Positions 16,778 through 26,262 of a stretch of 31,831 bases of DNA are shown piece after piece (the first letter of the stretch is position 1; each line of letters opens with the position of its first letter). The notes beneath the pieces were generated by a model, which was not told where the DNA came from, made no database searches, and worked only from the letters and a program-made list of their open reading frames with translations. The stretch comes from a virus (lineage: Duplodnaviria; Caudoviricetes). The stretch covers positions 1-31,831 of the IMG/VR virus record IMGVR_UViG_3300011335_000075; one strand, written 5' to 3'. Made by a program: the position numbers and the translations under genes.

Positions 16778-18421
16778 TTATTGGTATGTAAGTTGGATGT
16801 TTAAATTAACCAGATTTGTATTAGGAGCGGTTATGTAAAAAATTGAATTTGGAAAAGTTACGGAACAAACGTAAGGAACGGCATTTGCGCCATCATAAGC
16901 GGAAGCATTTAATTTCTTTATGGTTACCCCCGTAGGAGGTGTCAATGTAAAACCATAATTTGCAGGGCCAGCAGAAGGCAAAAATGTATACAACAATTCG
17001 TATGTGCCATCAAATGTGCTCACTAAATTTGCAGATACTAAAGTTAATGTTCCAGCACCGCCTACAGTTTTAGCCAAGGTTGGTGCGGCGGGAAAATTCC
17101 CATTTATAATATTTGGAATAGTGGTAGAAAAACTATATGTTCCACCAGGATTGTTTATAAAAAGATTTTCATCGCAGCTAGTTGGAATATTTATAACCCC
17201 ACTAAAACCGCTAAAATAATTTCCAATAAATGTATTATTTGATGATGTTACCGATTCCGTATTTTGAAACAATAACGGCGCAACGTTTTGAAGTTCAAAC
17301 CAATTAGATGTAATTAAACCGGAATTTCCAAGACGAATAGCATAATCACCCGCAGTTTCAAATTCATTGTTGTGTATCGAATAAGAAGTGCAATTAGCCA
17401 TATCTAATATAGTGGCTATGTTGGTGTTAGCGTATATCCAACAATTTTTAACTTCAATAATATTAGTATTAGATAAATATCCAAGACCGTTATTTTCAGT
17501 TGATAAAACTACATTAGGGCCACGTTGCTGTTGGATAACAATAGTATCAAAAGTTTGTTGGTATGTTAAGTTAGGCGCGGCAGAAGTTCTAAACATAACG
17601 CCAACGGAACCTGATGCGCCATTAGATAAATAACGAATCCTACTAAACGTAGCGCCATCAAAACCATTGCAATCTATTGCAATTTGGGTTGAATCAACAA
17701 TTGAACTTGCAGCATTTGCCTTAACGGCAAAATCAGAAATATTAGAATTGTAATTTCTACCTACTCCCGTAGCAATTTTAATTATTGGTTTAACAGGGTC
17801 ATTCATTAAAAAGATAGTACTATTCATGCCACTACCAACAAAATTTAACCCAAAAATGTCGGTTGGAAAAAATAAACTATCTACTAAATAAGTTCCGGCG
17901 GGGATATAAACCGTACCATTTGAACCTATTTGATTTAACGCATTTTGAATAGCGGATGTGTCATTAGTTGTGCCATCGCCAACCGCACCAAAGTCTTGAA
18001 CGCTTATATACTGGCGTAACTTAGCTTGCACCGTAGTTGCCGTGCCGCCGGTAGGCAAATACCCAACTAGGGATGAACCGGAAGATGCGGCAAATGTGGC
18101 GTAAATTCCGGTTGCAACGCCACTTGCATTGCCGGTTACATTGTCATACGTTCCAATTGTTATTGCAGCAGATGTTTGTAAAACAAATTTGTATGCAACC
18201 CCTTCAGTTAACCAAATTTCGCCGCCAGACGCAACACGGCCTGCTGAGTCCAGCACAATAGGGTTGGTGTGCGCGGTGCTGCCAGAACTTGTGGTATACG
18301 CAGCTTGTGGTGTGGTAGTGCCAGCGGCGTAAGTGTAAATAAGACCGCCAGAAAGAATGACACCGTTGTTGTCAAAAAACTGTGCGCCAGCCCCCGCCAG
18401 CATTGAAAGATTGACGGCCAT
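16778..18421 (-). CDS. Tailspike: N-terminal particle-binding domain plus pectate-lyase-like beta-helix (depolymerase)
   Basis: QFFDNNG...TYAAGTTTP...NPIVLDSAGR anchor; SVQDFGAVGDGTTNDTSAIQNAL...VYIPAGTY beta-helix entry; Asn-rich body. Confidence 0.88.
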   Translation of the reverse strand: MAVNLSMLAGAGAQFFDNNGVILSGGLIYTYAAGTTTPQAAYTTSSGSTAHTNPIVLDSAGRVASGGEIWLTEGVAYKFVLQTSAAITIGTYDNVTGNASGVATGIYATFAASSGSSLVGYLPTGGTATTVQAKLRQYISVQDFGAVGDGTTNDTSAIQNALNQIGSNGTVYIPAGTYLVDSLFFPTDIFGLNFVGSGMNSTIFLMNDPVKPIIKIATGVGRNYNSNISDFAVKANAASSIVDSTQIAIDCNGFDGATFSRIRYLSNGASGSVGVMFRTSAAPNLTYQQTFDTIVIQQQRGPNVVLSTENNGLGYLSNTNIIEVKNCWIYANTNIATILDMANCTSYSIHNNEFETAGDYAIRLGNSGLITSNWFELQNVAPLLFQNTESVTSSNNTFIGNYFSGFSGVINIPTSCDENLFINNPGGTYSFSTTIPNIINGNFPAAPTLAKTVGGAGTLTLVSANLVSTFDGTYELLYTFLPSAGPANYGFTLTPPTGVTIKKLNASAYDGANAVPYVCSVTFPNSIFYITAPNTNLVNLNIQLTYQ

Positions 18422-18432
18422 AATTTTTATCC

Positions 18433-18930
18433 TTACGCGCTAATTGCGGCAACTTTATCTTGAAAGGCTTTAACGCGAGTTTGCAATGCAGCTTCTTGCG
18501 CTTCCAAAGACGCGCTTAAAACATCAAGATTAGCTTGCGTTTGCTGCTGATGCATCTCACGGGTGTCAGATGTTTTTTCACGGGCATCTAAGGCCGTTTC
18601 ACGCGCTGCGCTGGCTGTTTCAAATGCTTTAACACTGTCAGCCAAAGCCGCTTCACGCGCCTTGAGGTCAGCAGTCTTGGCCTTGGCCGCAGCTTCCATA
18701 TCCTTGGCAGACGCAACCATAGCCGCAGCCTGGTCTTGCGCCGTAGCCAATTCGTCAGCAGCCTTAGCCCGATCTGCGGCAGCGTCTTGCACTGCGGACA
18801 TCGCGCCTTGGCGCTGGGCCAATTCAGCTTGCAAATTGACCAAGGTGGTCAAGTCAGTAGGAAGCTGTTTTTGAATGTATTCAATCAAATTTGCGGGGCT
18901 CATTGAGCCGCCTTCACCATGAAAGTCCAT
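18433..18930 (-). CDS. Ala-rich coiled-coil protein, 165 aa
   Basis: Continuous heptad pattern; AGGAG RBS. Confidence 0.7.
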   Translation of the reverse strand: MDFHGEGGSMSPANLIEYIQKQLPTDLTTLVNLQAELAQRQGAMSAVQDAAADRAKAADELATAQDQAAAMVASAKDMEAAAKAKTADLKAREAALADSVKAFETASAARETALDAREKTSDTREMHQQQTQANLDVLSASLEAQEAALQTRVKAFQDKVAAISA

Positions 18931-18939
18931 AACGGCTCC

Positions 18940-19245
18940 TTACGAGTAATAAGTAATGTTTAGCTTTGCGCTGGCAGTTTGCTCAATGAACTTGATTTGA
19001 GTCAAGTCACCATCGTATTGCAAAGTTACACCAGCAGCAAGGGGCATTCCAACGGTGGCAGTCGGAGCCACACCGTCATCGCGCCAGCGAACTGCTTGAG
19101 TTTCAGGCGTAATGATGGCAATACGGGGTGACCCCGCAAGGCCGCCAATATTTTTTTGAGGTACGGTCAGGGCCGTAGCTGCGGACAAGCTGGTGATCTG
19201 CTGGTAGCCCAGGACAGAAGTGATAGCCTTAAGATTGAGCGCCAT
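18940..19245 (-). CDS. Hypothetical virion structural protein, 101 aa
   Basis: AGGAGA RBS; QAVRWRDDGVAPTATVGMPL beta-sandwich-like pattern. Confidence 0.7.
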   Translation of the reverse strand: MALNLKAITSVLGYQQITSLSAATALTVPQKNIGGLAGSPRIAIITPETQAVRWRDDGVAPTATVGMPLAAGVTLQYDGDLTQIKFIEQTASAKLNITYYS

Positions 19246-19412
19246 TAGAATCTCCTTCTTTCAGTAAATGATCTTAACTCGATAAAAAGTTGCGTAACGT
19301 AAACGGGGGCCGTTTCAAAAAACCCACCGCTAAAAAAACTGCCGCTGTAAAAATTAGTTAACAGTGAAAAAAAACCGCCGTTAAAAAAACTGCCGCCATA
19401 AAATTTGTTCAT
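19245..19412 (-). CDS. Phe/Gly-repeat micro-protein, 55 aa (not in ORF track)
   Basis: MNKFYGGSFFNGGFFSLLTNFYSGSFFSGGFFETAPVYVTQLFIELRSFTERRRF*; fills the gap exactly; TAATG coupling to next gene. Confidence 0.7.
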   Translation of the reverse strand: MNKFYGGSFFNGGFFSLLTNFYSGSFFSGGFFETAPVYVTQLFIELRSFTERRRF

Positions 19413-19418
19413 GGAATT

Positions 19419-19706
19419 TTACTCTACCCATTGGCAAGTCTGCTCATCTAACACATAGCTATCGCCCGGTTTGGGCGGAAGAAAAGCATCCCTTTGTGCA
19501 TCGTAAGTGTAACCAATACCAGCGTAGTTTTTGCGGAAAGGTGTACCGCCTAACCGATGTTCACCAGCATAAGTGTTATAGCTGGTCTTTTTCCAGACTT
19601 GCCCTGTTGTCTCGGCATAGATAGTTTCACCGTCATGCGGTTCATCCACACCAACAATTACTTGGACAACAATGTTATTTTCGTCAAGTTGTGCAAAATG
19701 TGCCAT
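19419..19706 (-). CDS. MAHFA-type small tail-associated protein (start ATG 19706)
   Basis: MAHFAQLDENNIVVQVIV...WKKTSYN...FRKNYAGIGYTYD; type of gene that follows glycine-rich fibre genes. Confidence 0.8.
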   Translation of the reverse strand: MAHFAQLDENNIVVQVIVGVDEPHDGETIYAETTGQVWKKTSYNTYAGEHRLGGTPFRKNYAGIGYTYDAQRDAFLPPKPGDSYVLDEQTCQWVE

Positions 19707-19708
19707 GA

Positions 19709-20707
19709 TTACCAAGTAATTGTGCCAGTACCGGCAGTAAATTTATATACTTTGTACCCAGAACGTGATGCAGTGTCCGATGCTGGAACATTAGACCCTG
19801 TAGTGGTTACTCCGTTAACAACTAATCCAGCACTAAATGAAACAATATCTGGCCCTGTATTTACATAAGCAATAATGACTATTCCAGAACCACCGTTACC
19901 ACCTGTTCTAGTGCCAGTTGATTGGGATGATCCACCACCACCTCCGCCAGTATTAGATGTGCCGGCAGAACCATTAGTATCAGTAACTATTGCACCATTG
20001 CCGCCGCCACCTGTACCACCTAAACCACCTGTTGCACCTGTTCTTGCTCCACCGCCGCCACCGCCTGCATACGTAGTGCTTGTACCAGTAATTGATGATG
20101 CTGTTCCAACCCCGCCAGCGCCAGCAACTGTAGTAGCCGCCGCTGCACCAACAGCACCAGCACCGCCGCCGCCTCCACCACCAAACGGAGATGTGTTTCC
20201 GCGACCAATGCCGCCGTTATTACCTTGGCTTGGGCTAGTGCTTGGAGTATTTCCTACACCCGCGCTAGTGGAATTTAAATAATTTGCACCACCACCAGAG
20301 CCACCAGAGCCACCGGAAGCAGAAACAATTCCACCACCACCACCTCCACCTCCATTAGATGTTATGGTGCTAAATACACTATCTGAACCGGATACACCTG
20401 TTGCCGATCCACCAGTCGCTCCTGCGCCAACTGTTACGGTGTATGCAGTAGAACCCGCTACTGAAAAACTGGTTGAAGTACGATATCCACCAGCACCGCC
20501 GCCACCTTGACCAGCGCCGTTTGTTGTGCCACCTCCACCGCCTCCACCGGCAACCACTAAATATTCAATAGTTGGTAATATTTTAGGCCACGCAAAACCT
20601 TGTATACCCTGCATTACTTCATTAGAACGCCAAATACCAGCAGCCGCAGTACCGCTATTAGTCGCCGCTGTGGACGACATTACAGAACCTTTATATCTAG
20701 TGGACAT
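19709..20707 (-). CDS. Glycine-rich domain tail/adhesion protein
   Basis: EYLVVAGGGGGG, GGGGAGGYR, YTVTVGAG, NTGGGGGG, GGSGIVII, YKFTAGTGTITW. Confidence 0.85.
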   Translation of the reverse strand: MSTRYKGSVMSSTAATNSGTAAAGIWRSNEVMQGIQGFAWPKILPTIEYLVVAGGGGGGGTTNGAGQGGGGAGGYRTSTSFSVAGSTAYTVTVGAGATGGSATGVSGSDSVFSTITSNGGGGGGGGIVSASGGSGGSGGGANYLNSTSAGVGNTPSTSPSQGNNGGIGRGNTSPFGGGGGGGAGAVGAAAATTVAGAGGVGTASSITGTSTTYAGGGGGGARTGATGGLGGTGGGGNGAIVTDTNGSAGTSNTGGGGGGSSQSTGTRTGGNGGSGIVIIAYVNTGPDIVSFSAGLVVNGVTTTGSNVPASDTASRSGYKVYKFTAGTGTITW

Positions 20708-21078
20708 TAGGTAATTGCCTCATAAGATGCGGTTAACTCAATCGCATTTGCTGTTCCAACAGTTACCACAATAGATTGTGCTTCACCAAGATAAAACGCC
20801 GTGCTTTTATCAACAACAACAATTGAAGCATTTACCGGAACCGGTACTTGGTAAACTAGACGATAATTTGTTCCAGCTCCAGCCGCTGCACTGTTGATTG
20901 CTACTGTTACTATAGCAACTGATGCCGTTACATTTGCAGCAACAATGTTATCAATTTTATTAACTGTACCGGCAGCAGGAGTAAGCGCAGTCCAAGTAGT
21001 AGCAGATGTTGTACTTGGAATTAAATAACTTGTATTACCATAAATGGATGATACGTTGACGATATTCGGGTTTGCCAT
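20707..21078 (-). CDS. Hypothetical virion protein, 123 aa (MANPNIVNV...SYEAIT)
   Basis: Beta-rich; tightly coupled between fibre and glycine-rich genes. Confidence 0.75.
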   Translation of the reverse strand: MANPNIVNVSSIYGNTSYLIPSTTSATTWTALTPAAGTVNKIDNIVAANVTASVAIVTVAINSAAAGAGTNYRLVYQVPVPVNASIVVVDKSTAFYLGEAQSIVVTVGTANAIELTASYEAIT

Positions 21079-21080
21079 AT

Positions 21081-22016
21081 TTAATATCCAAAGATCATCG
21101 CCATTGCGATACTTTTGCCAGTTGTAATGCCGCCACCGCCGCTGCCATTTGAAGCTGCTGTAATACGCCCATAAGCGTCAACCGTAATGTTTGCACTTGT
21201 GTAGCTGGCCGCAGTCACGGCAGTAGTGTCCAGCGCAATAGTGCCGCTGGTAGTAATTGTCCCGCCAGTTAAGCCTGTTCCGGCAGTGATTGACGTTACC
21301 GTACCTGACCCGCTGCCAGCCGCTGCCCAAGTTGCCGTGGTGCCGTTAGATGTCAAAACCTGGCCGTTTGTGCCAATAGCCAAACGAATGGCGCTATTGG
21401 TGCCGTTGCCAACAATTAAGTCGCCTGTGCTGGTGACCGGCGACAAAGCGTTAAAAGCCGCGCTGGCTGTTGTTTGGCCCGTACCACCATTAGCAATTGG
21501 AAGCGCCGTTCCTGAATAGGTAATTGCTAACGTGCCAGAAGTGGTTATAGGCGAACCGGCAATAGACAAAAAAGCAGGGACGGTGGCGGATACCGAAGTA
21601 ACCGTGCCGCTACCACCGCTGCTTGTGGAATTAATTGTCTGGTTAGGCCAAGTGCCTGTAATTGTTACGTTTGTGCCCGCCACAAGGGCTGGAGTTGTTG
21701 TGCCAGTGCCGCCGTTTGCCACGGCCACCGTGCCGGTCACATTGGCCGCAGTGCCTGTAGTGTTTTGATTGAGCGTAGGTACATCAGCAGCAACAATAAC
21801 CGCCAAGGCTGTATTTGTGCCATCAGAACGCAAATACCGGCCAGAAACTTGAGTTCCAGCCAAAGCCGTAATGGCCGCTGCGGCAGTTGTTTCTCCCGTG
21901 CCACCAGAACCAATTGGCAAGGTGCCAGACAACGAATGATTGGCATCCCACGCCGCAGCCCCTTCGGTAGTAAAGCTACCATCTGCTGCTGTGCTGTGGT
22001 TGATAAATAGCGTCAT
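21081..22016 (-). CDS. Fibre-like protein, 311 aa
   Basis: GGTG.TT, GTVTSV, GQVLTS, ITVDAYGRITAA fibre repeats; C-terminal GKSIAMAMIFG. Confidence 0.8.
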   Translation of the reverse strand: MTLFINHSTAADGSFTTEGAAAWDANHSLSGTLPIGSGGTGETTAAAAITALAGTQVSGRYLRSDGTNTALAVIVAADVPTLNQNTTGTAANVTGTVAVANGGTGTTTPALVAGTNVTITGTWPNQTINSTSSGGSGTVTSVSATVPAFLSIAGSPITTSGTLAITYSGTALPIANGGTGQTTASAAFNALSPVTSTGDLIVGNGTNSAIRLAIGTNGQVLTSNGTTATWAAAGSGSGTVTSITAGTGLTGGTITTSGTIALDTTAVTAASYTSANITVDAYGRITAASNGSGGGGITTGKSIAMAMIFGY

Positions 22017-22381
22017 GCTAAGAAGCGCAGTTTATAGAGCGTGGTCAGGTACAACTCAACAATGTTGTCAATTAATTGCTGGAGCGACGAATCAGACTTG
22101 TCCACCACCTCGTAACGGCACTTTTCAATGTCGTCCAACTGGTTTTGTAGGAAGTCGATAATGTTGGCCGTCTTGGTGGCTGAATGCAGCGTAATTGGCC
22201 CCATCAGGCCATGACGGCCTTGGTAGGCTTCAGCAAAAGCGTCTGCGTGGTCAATGATGCTGTCGTAAAACGTATTAAGTGCAACGTGCTTGGAATAACT
22301 GCGGGTGTTCAAATGAACGCTATGGGCCACATCACGGGCCAAGAATAGCATCCCGACAAAATCGGCGGCTTTGTACATCAT
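22013..22381 (-). CDS. Dps/ferritin-like four-helix protein
   Basis: HSVHLNTRSYSKHVALNTFYDSIIDHADAFAE resembles the Dps H...H...D...E pattern; C-terminal TLYKLRFL. Confidence 0.6.
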   Translation of the reverse strand: MMYKAADFVGMLFLARDVAHSVHLNTRSYSKHVALNTFYDSIIDHADAFAEAYQGRHGLMGPITLHSATKTANIIDFLQNQLDDIEKCRYEVVDKSDSSLQQLIDNIVELYLTTLYKLRFLA

Positions 22382-24594
22382 TGTGGCATTCCCATTGGTT
22401 GTTGTGGTGGCTGCATACCGCCCATAGGCTGCTGTTCCATGCCTTCTTGAGGCATTTCAGAGCCCATATCTACATCACGTCCAGGCATCTCAGTAACCAA
22501 GTCGCCCGATGTGATCATGCCATGCACAGTGCCCAGCACGATGTCTTGAATCTGCTCTGGCGACATACTGGCCTGCACAGCGGAAATCCGCTGGGTTTCA
22601 GCTTGGTATGCTTTGACCGTTGCCTCAAAGTCTTTGCGGTGCATATCCTGCGCCTCAATCGACTTGCCAGCATTGATAATCATTTGGTGCATCTGCTCCA
22701 TCTCTTGGCCCATCGCTTGGATTTGCTGCTCTGCGGCCTGCAACTCGGGCGGCTTGTCGCCGTCTTGCATGAGTTTGGGGTCAATAGTTTTGGCAAAACG
22801 CTTTGCCATTTCTTGGGCACCAGGCCAATCCATGTTCTTGACAAACAGGTCACCGGCCACTTGCCATAGCTGCGGGTTGCCCTGCAACAGTTGGCCCATC
22901 GCCTCCAGCGCCTCTTGGCGTTTGGTTGCGTAGCCTGGGCCGGTGGTAGCCACCACATCGTATTTGCCCACGCCAGGGTTGTAAATCTTGTCTATCACGA
23001 TGCCCTGCTGATCCACGATCTTCTTGACCGGCTCGGCCTGCATCGGGTCAATCTTGACCATGCTGGTTTCGCCGTCCTCGCCAATGATGCGGGCAATGCG
23101 TTGTGTGTCGTAGATTTTGGGAATCAGATCAATCAATTGGCGAGTCAAATACCGCACACCACGGGCCAAGTTGTCGCCAAAGTGGTACGTCCCGACATCA
23201 CCTTCACGCTGACGCGCAAGAATCGCTTTTCCTGAGCGCTCATTGGATGTCATGCCCAAAGATGCGTTGTATTGGCCGGTTGATGCTTTGATGTCCTCAG
23301 AAGCGCCAGATTTGGCCTGTAATAGCCCGCTGGAGGCCATTGGCGGCTGCGCCCGCTGGGGCAGTGGCAGCGTAACGCCCGCGCCGTCTGTAACGTCTGG
23401 ATTGACCTCCAAATACGGCCAGTTGGTCGTGTTGGCGGTTTTCCATTGGTTTTCGTAGCCTTCAAACTGGCCGCCGTAGCCAATAAACGGCGCTTTTGGA
23501 GCCAGAGCCAGCATTTCTGCCTCTTGGGACACCCAATAGTTGTACATCCGCTGGGCATCTTTGGCGTTTCGCACCAAGCCAGACACGTACAAGCGACCGT
23601 CAACCTCAAATTCATTGCCCACAATGCGGACAATGGGGATGTATTTGCCCGCCCACTCGCGTTCTTCCAAGATTTCGTAGCCGTTTATCTTGCAATACTT
23701 GATGCGTGGTCGGTCAGACTGCCGAGTCTTCTTAGGCTTGCCGTAAATGGCGCGCAATTGCTTATCTTCGGGCGTGCCATCAAAAGCCGTGGCGTTGCCG
23801 GGGTACAAATTGAGCGTGCCCTTGTCGTAATCGACGTAGTAGTAGTCCGCAATGCGGATCGTGTCCTCATTGAGCCACTGCGATAGGTTTTGATCGCCCA
23901 CACCCAGCGTTTGCAAGGTAGTAATGGGCGCTGAGTCGGGGTACATCCGTTGGTAGTCAGCTTTGGAGATGTCCTCAGTCACAAAACACCACTTGGCATC
24001 CGCGCCGCACGGGTCTTGGATGGTTGGATCCATGTACACCGAAAAACTATTGCGAACCCGGCCAATTTTGATGTCTTGGTCAAAGGTATTGTCGTCGCAA
24101 TATTCGGTCAGGATTCGGATGTAACCTTCTCCGTAGGAGACTTGGTTTTCGCAGGCGGTGTCGTAAGCGACATCTGCGTCTGAGATGTATTCAATATGCC
24201 TGACCATGCCGTTAAAGATTTCGGCAACGTCAATGTCGGCCTTGTCGTCGGCTGGAATAACTTTGCCTGTTGGGCGGTTTTGTCGTTGGTCATTGGTGAC
24301 TTGCCGTACGTGCTGCGGCAGCTTGTTGATGGTCAGGCACGGGCGGGCGTTGATGGTCTGTCCCTGCACCGCGCCGCGAGTCGCCAGTACATCGGCGGGC
24401 CATTGCCAGTGGTTGTCGGGTGACCCAGCGTAGAACTTCAGATCGTCAATCTCGTCCTCGCGTGATTCAGACAGCGCCGAGATTGCCATATCCAAACGAC
24501 TGCGCGCCGTCGCCAAGATATTAGATTCGGTGTCTTTTTGACCGCCGCCGTTGGATACCGCGCCTGCGGCGGCTATGCCGGTGTAATCAGCCAT
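22378..24594 (-). CDS. Portal protein, P22 gp1-like
   Basis: 738 aa; RPCLTINKL, GLVRNAKDAQRMYN, SGKAILARQREG, GKYDVVATTGPGYATKRQEA; C-terminal coiled coil and Gln/Met/Pro tail. Confidence 0.93.
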   Translation of the reverse strand: MADYTGIAAAGAVSNGGGQKDTESNILATARSRLDMAISALSESREDEIDDLKFYAGSPDNHWQWPADVLATRGAVQGQTINARPCLTINKLPQHVRQVTNDQRQNRPTGKVIPADDKADIDVAEIFNGMVRHIEYISDADVAYDTACENQVSYGEGYIRILTEYCDDNTFDQDIKIGRVRNSFSVYMDPTIQDPCGADAKWCFVTEDISKADYQRMYPDSAPITTLQTLGVGDQNLSQWLNEDTIRIADYYYVDYDKGTLNLYPGNATAFDGTPEDKQLRAIYGKPKKTRQSDRPRIKYCKINGYEILEEREWAGKYIPIVRIVGNEFEVDGRLYVSGLVRNAKDAQRMYNYWVSQEAEMLALAPKAPFIGYGGQFEGYENQWKTANTTNWPYLEVNPDVTDGAGVTLPLPQRAQPPMASSGLLQAKSGASEDIKASTGQYNASLGMTSNERSGKAILARQREGDVGTYHFGDNLARGVRYLTRQLIDLIPKIYDTQRIARIIGEDGETSMVKIDPMQAEPVKKIVDQQGIVIDKIYNPGVGKYDVVATTGPGYATKRQEALEAMGQLLQGNPQLWQVAGDLFVKNMDWPGAQEMAKRFAKTIDPKLMQDGDKPPELQAAEQQIQAMGQEMEQMHQMIINAGKSIEAQDMHRKDFEATVKAYQAETQRISAVQASMSPEQIQDIVLGTVHGMITSGDLVTEMPGRDVDMGSEMPQEGMEQQPMGGMQPPQQPMGMPQ

Positions 24595-24737
24595 TATTTT
24601 TTCTTACTTGGGGCTGGTGCGCTGCGCTTGACCGCATACGCAATTGCCACGGCCTGTTTGACGGGTTTGCCCGCTTTGACTTCAGCCTTCACGTTTTCAC
24701 GAAAGGCTTTGGGAGAAGATGATTTGACGAGTGGCAT
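24594..24737 (-). CDS. Small basic protein, 47 aa (start ATG 24737)
   Basis: MPLVKSSSPKAFRENVKAEVKAGKPVKQAVAIAY; KQAVAIA pattern common between terL and portal; TAATG coupling. Confidence 0.75.
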   Translation of the reverse strand: MPLVKSSSPKAFRENVKAEVKAGKPVKQAVAIAYAVKRSAPAPSKKK

Positions 24738-24738
24738 A

Positions 24739-26262
24739 TTAAGACCCCATCCATGAAGTGTGCATTGCGCCGTCTTGAGCGTTATATCGGCGAGTGGGCT
24801 CAGTATACTCGCGGTGAGCCACGGGAAAAGCAAACGTCACGCATATAGCGTCCGCTGCGTCTGGTGATGCCAAGCCCCGCGCTTTCATTTCTTTCTTGCT
24901 CTCCAAGAAGATTGTTCCACGTGAATCAGGCTTCATCTTAGGCGAAATCAAATCCGTCTTTAAGAACCTGTCGGTCGGGATACTAGCAGATTTTAGCCAT
25001 TCCCTCATCTCACCCCACATCTGAGCGCGCATATTTCCGTACATTATCGGGTTTTTGGCCTTATTCCCAAAGTTCACGCCCTTAATCTTGTACCGCTGCT
25101 CCTTGAGCCTGTCCACAATCCCAGCGCCCAGGCCGCCCTCGTCAATCACCACCAGGGTCGGCTTGTACTCTTCAATCGCGTCGATCACATACCCCACGAC
25201 CGTCATCGTGTCGTCGCCTCGGTGCCGCGTTATGTTAACAATATCCCGTCCCTGGCGCACGGCAATGACCGTGGCATCCGCGCCGTAGCGCGCCGGATCG
25301 ACCCCAATGATGATGGGCGCTGACAAGTCCTTGTACCGCTCCCGCTTCATAGCCTCATCCACTATGTCCGAACCGATGAACTGATCATCTCCCGCGCTTG
25401 GGAACATCCCATAGACCTCGACATGCGCTTGGCTGGAGTCTGGCCCGTACTCTTGGATGATCCGCTCATAGACCTGTTTGTCCGTACCCTCGACCGTGCG
25501 CGCATCCACCACCTTGGTTTTCCAAAACGCCCGCTTGGAGTTGAATGCCTCGTAGAAGTACCCCGTGTTGCGCCGTGGGTTAGAGAACGCCAGCCAGAAG
25601 CGGTTGGGCGTGTTCTCGGTAAAGAAGCCTGCTGTCACCGCCCAGATCGTGTCGTCGATACCACTGGCCTCGTCGAACACCACCAGCACGCCGTCGTAGT
25701 TATGCACACCCGCGTATGCGTCGGGGTTCTCCGCTGACCACAGCCGCCCTTCGACGCCCCAGTACCTGGTGCCCTTCTTCAAGTCCCGCTCGACCAGTTC
25801 GGTCAGCCACTTGGCGGGCATTACCCGCGTGGCGCTGACTTCAAACCAGTGGCTATTGATCGCCATCGCCAGCCACTTGGTAATCTCGGCCCAAGTGATT
25901 GATCTGAGTTGGGACTCCGAGTTGGCCGAGATGATGGTCGTCGAGCCAATGCGCGTTGCCAGCATCCAGATCGTGATCCAACTGACCAGGGCCGACTTGC
26001 CGATACCACGCCCCGACGAGATGGCCGCTTGCAGTACGTTGTAGTCTAGTTGCCCCTTGTTCGCTTCGATATGCTCGGCGATGTCTTGCAGCACCTCGCG
26101 CTGCCATTTGCGCGGCCCCTTGAAGTTCTCCAGCGGCGTGCCCTTGACGCCCCACGGGAATACCAGCGCTACGAAATTGAGCGGGTTGTCCTTGATGCGC
26201 GGCGTCCATAGACGCGCCATCAGGGCTTGTTCGTCTTCAGCGCTGTATTTGGTTGACTGCAT
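24739..26262 (-). CDS. terL: Terminase large subunit
   Basis: Walker A SGRGIGKS, Walker B VLVVFDEASG, coupling motif FSNP, nuclease GVDPARYGAD and SPDAADA. Confidence 0.95.
   Translation of the reverse strand: MQSTKYSAEDEQALMARLWTPRIKDNPLNFVALVFPWGVKGTPLENFKGPRKWQREVLQDIAEHIEANKGQLDYNVLQAAISSGRGIGKSALVSWITIWMLATRIGSTTIISANSESQLRSITWAEITKWLAMAINSHWFEVSATRVMPAKWLTELVERDLKKGTRYWGVEGRLWSAENPDAYAGVHNYDGVLVVFDEASGIDDTIWAVTAGFFTENTPNRFWLAFSNPRRNTGYFYEAFNSKRAFWKTKVVDARTVEGTDKQVYERIIQEYGPDSSQAHVEVYGMFPSAGDDQFIGSDIVDEAMKRERYKDLSAPIIIGVDPARYGADATVIAVRQGRDIVNITRHRGDDTMTVVGYVIDAIEEYKPTLVVIDEGGLGAGIVDRLKEQRYKIKGVNFGNKAKNPIMYGNMRAQMWGEMREWLKSASIPTDRFLKTDLISPKMKPDSRGTIFLESKKEMKARGLASPDAADAICVTFAFPVAHREYTEPTRRYNAQDGAMHTSWMGS

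Noticed and set aside
19875-20714. Poly-proline plus-strand ORFs
   Set aside because: Antisense reading of Gly codons in the glycine-rich gene.
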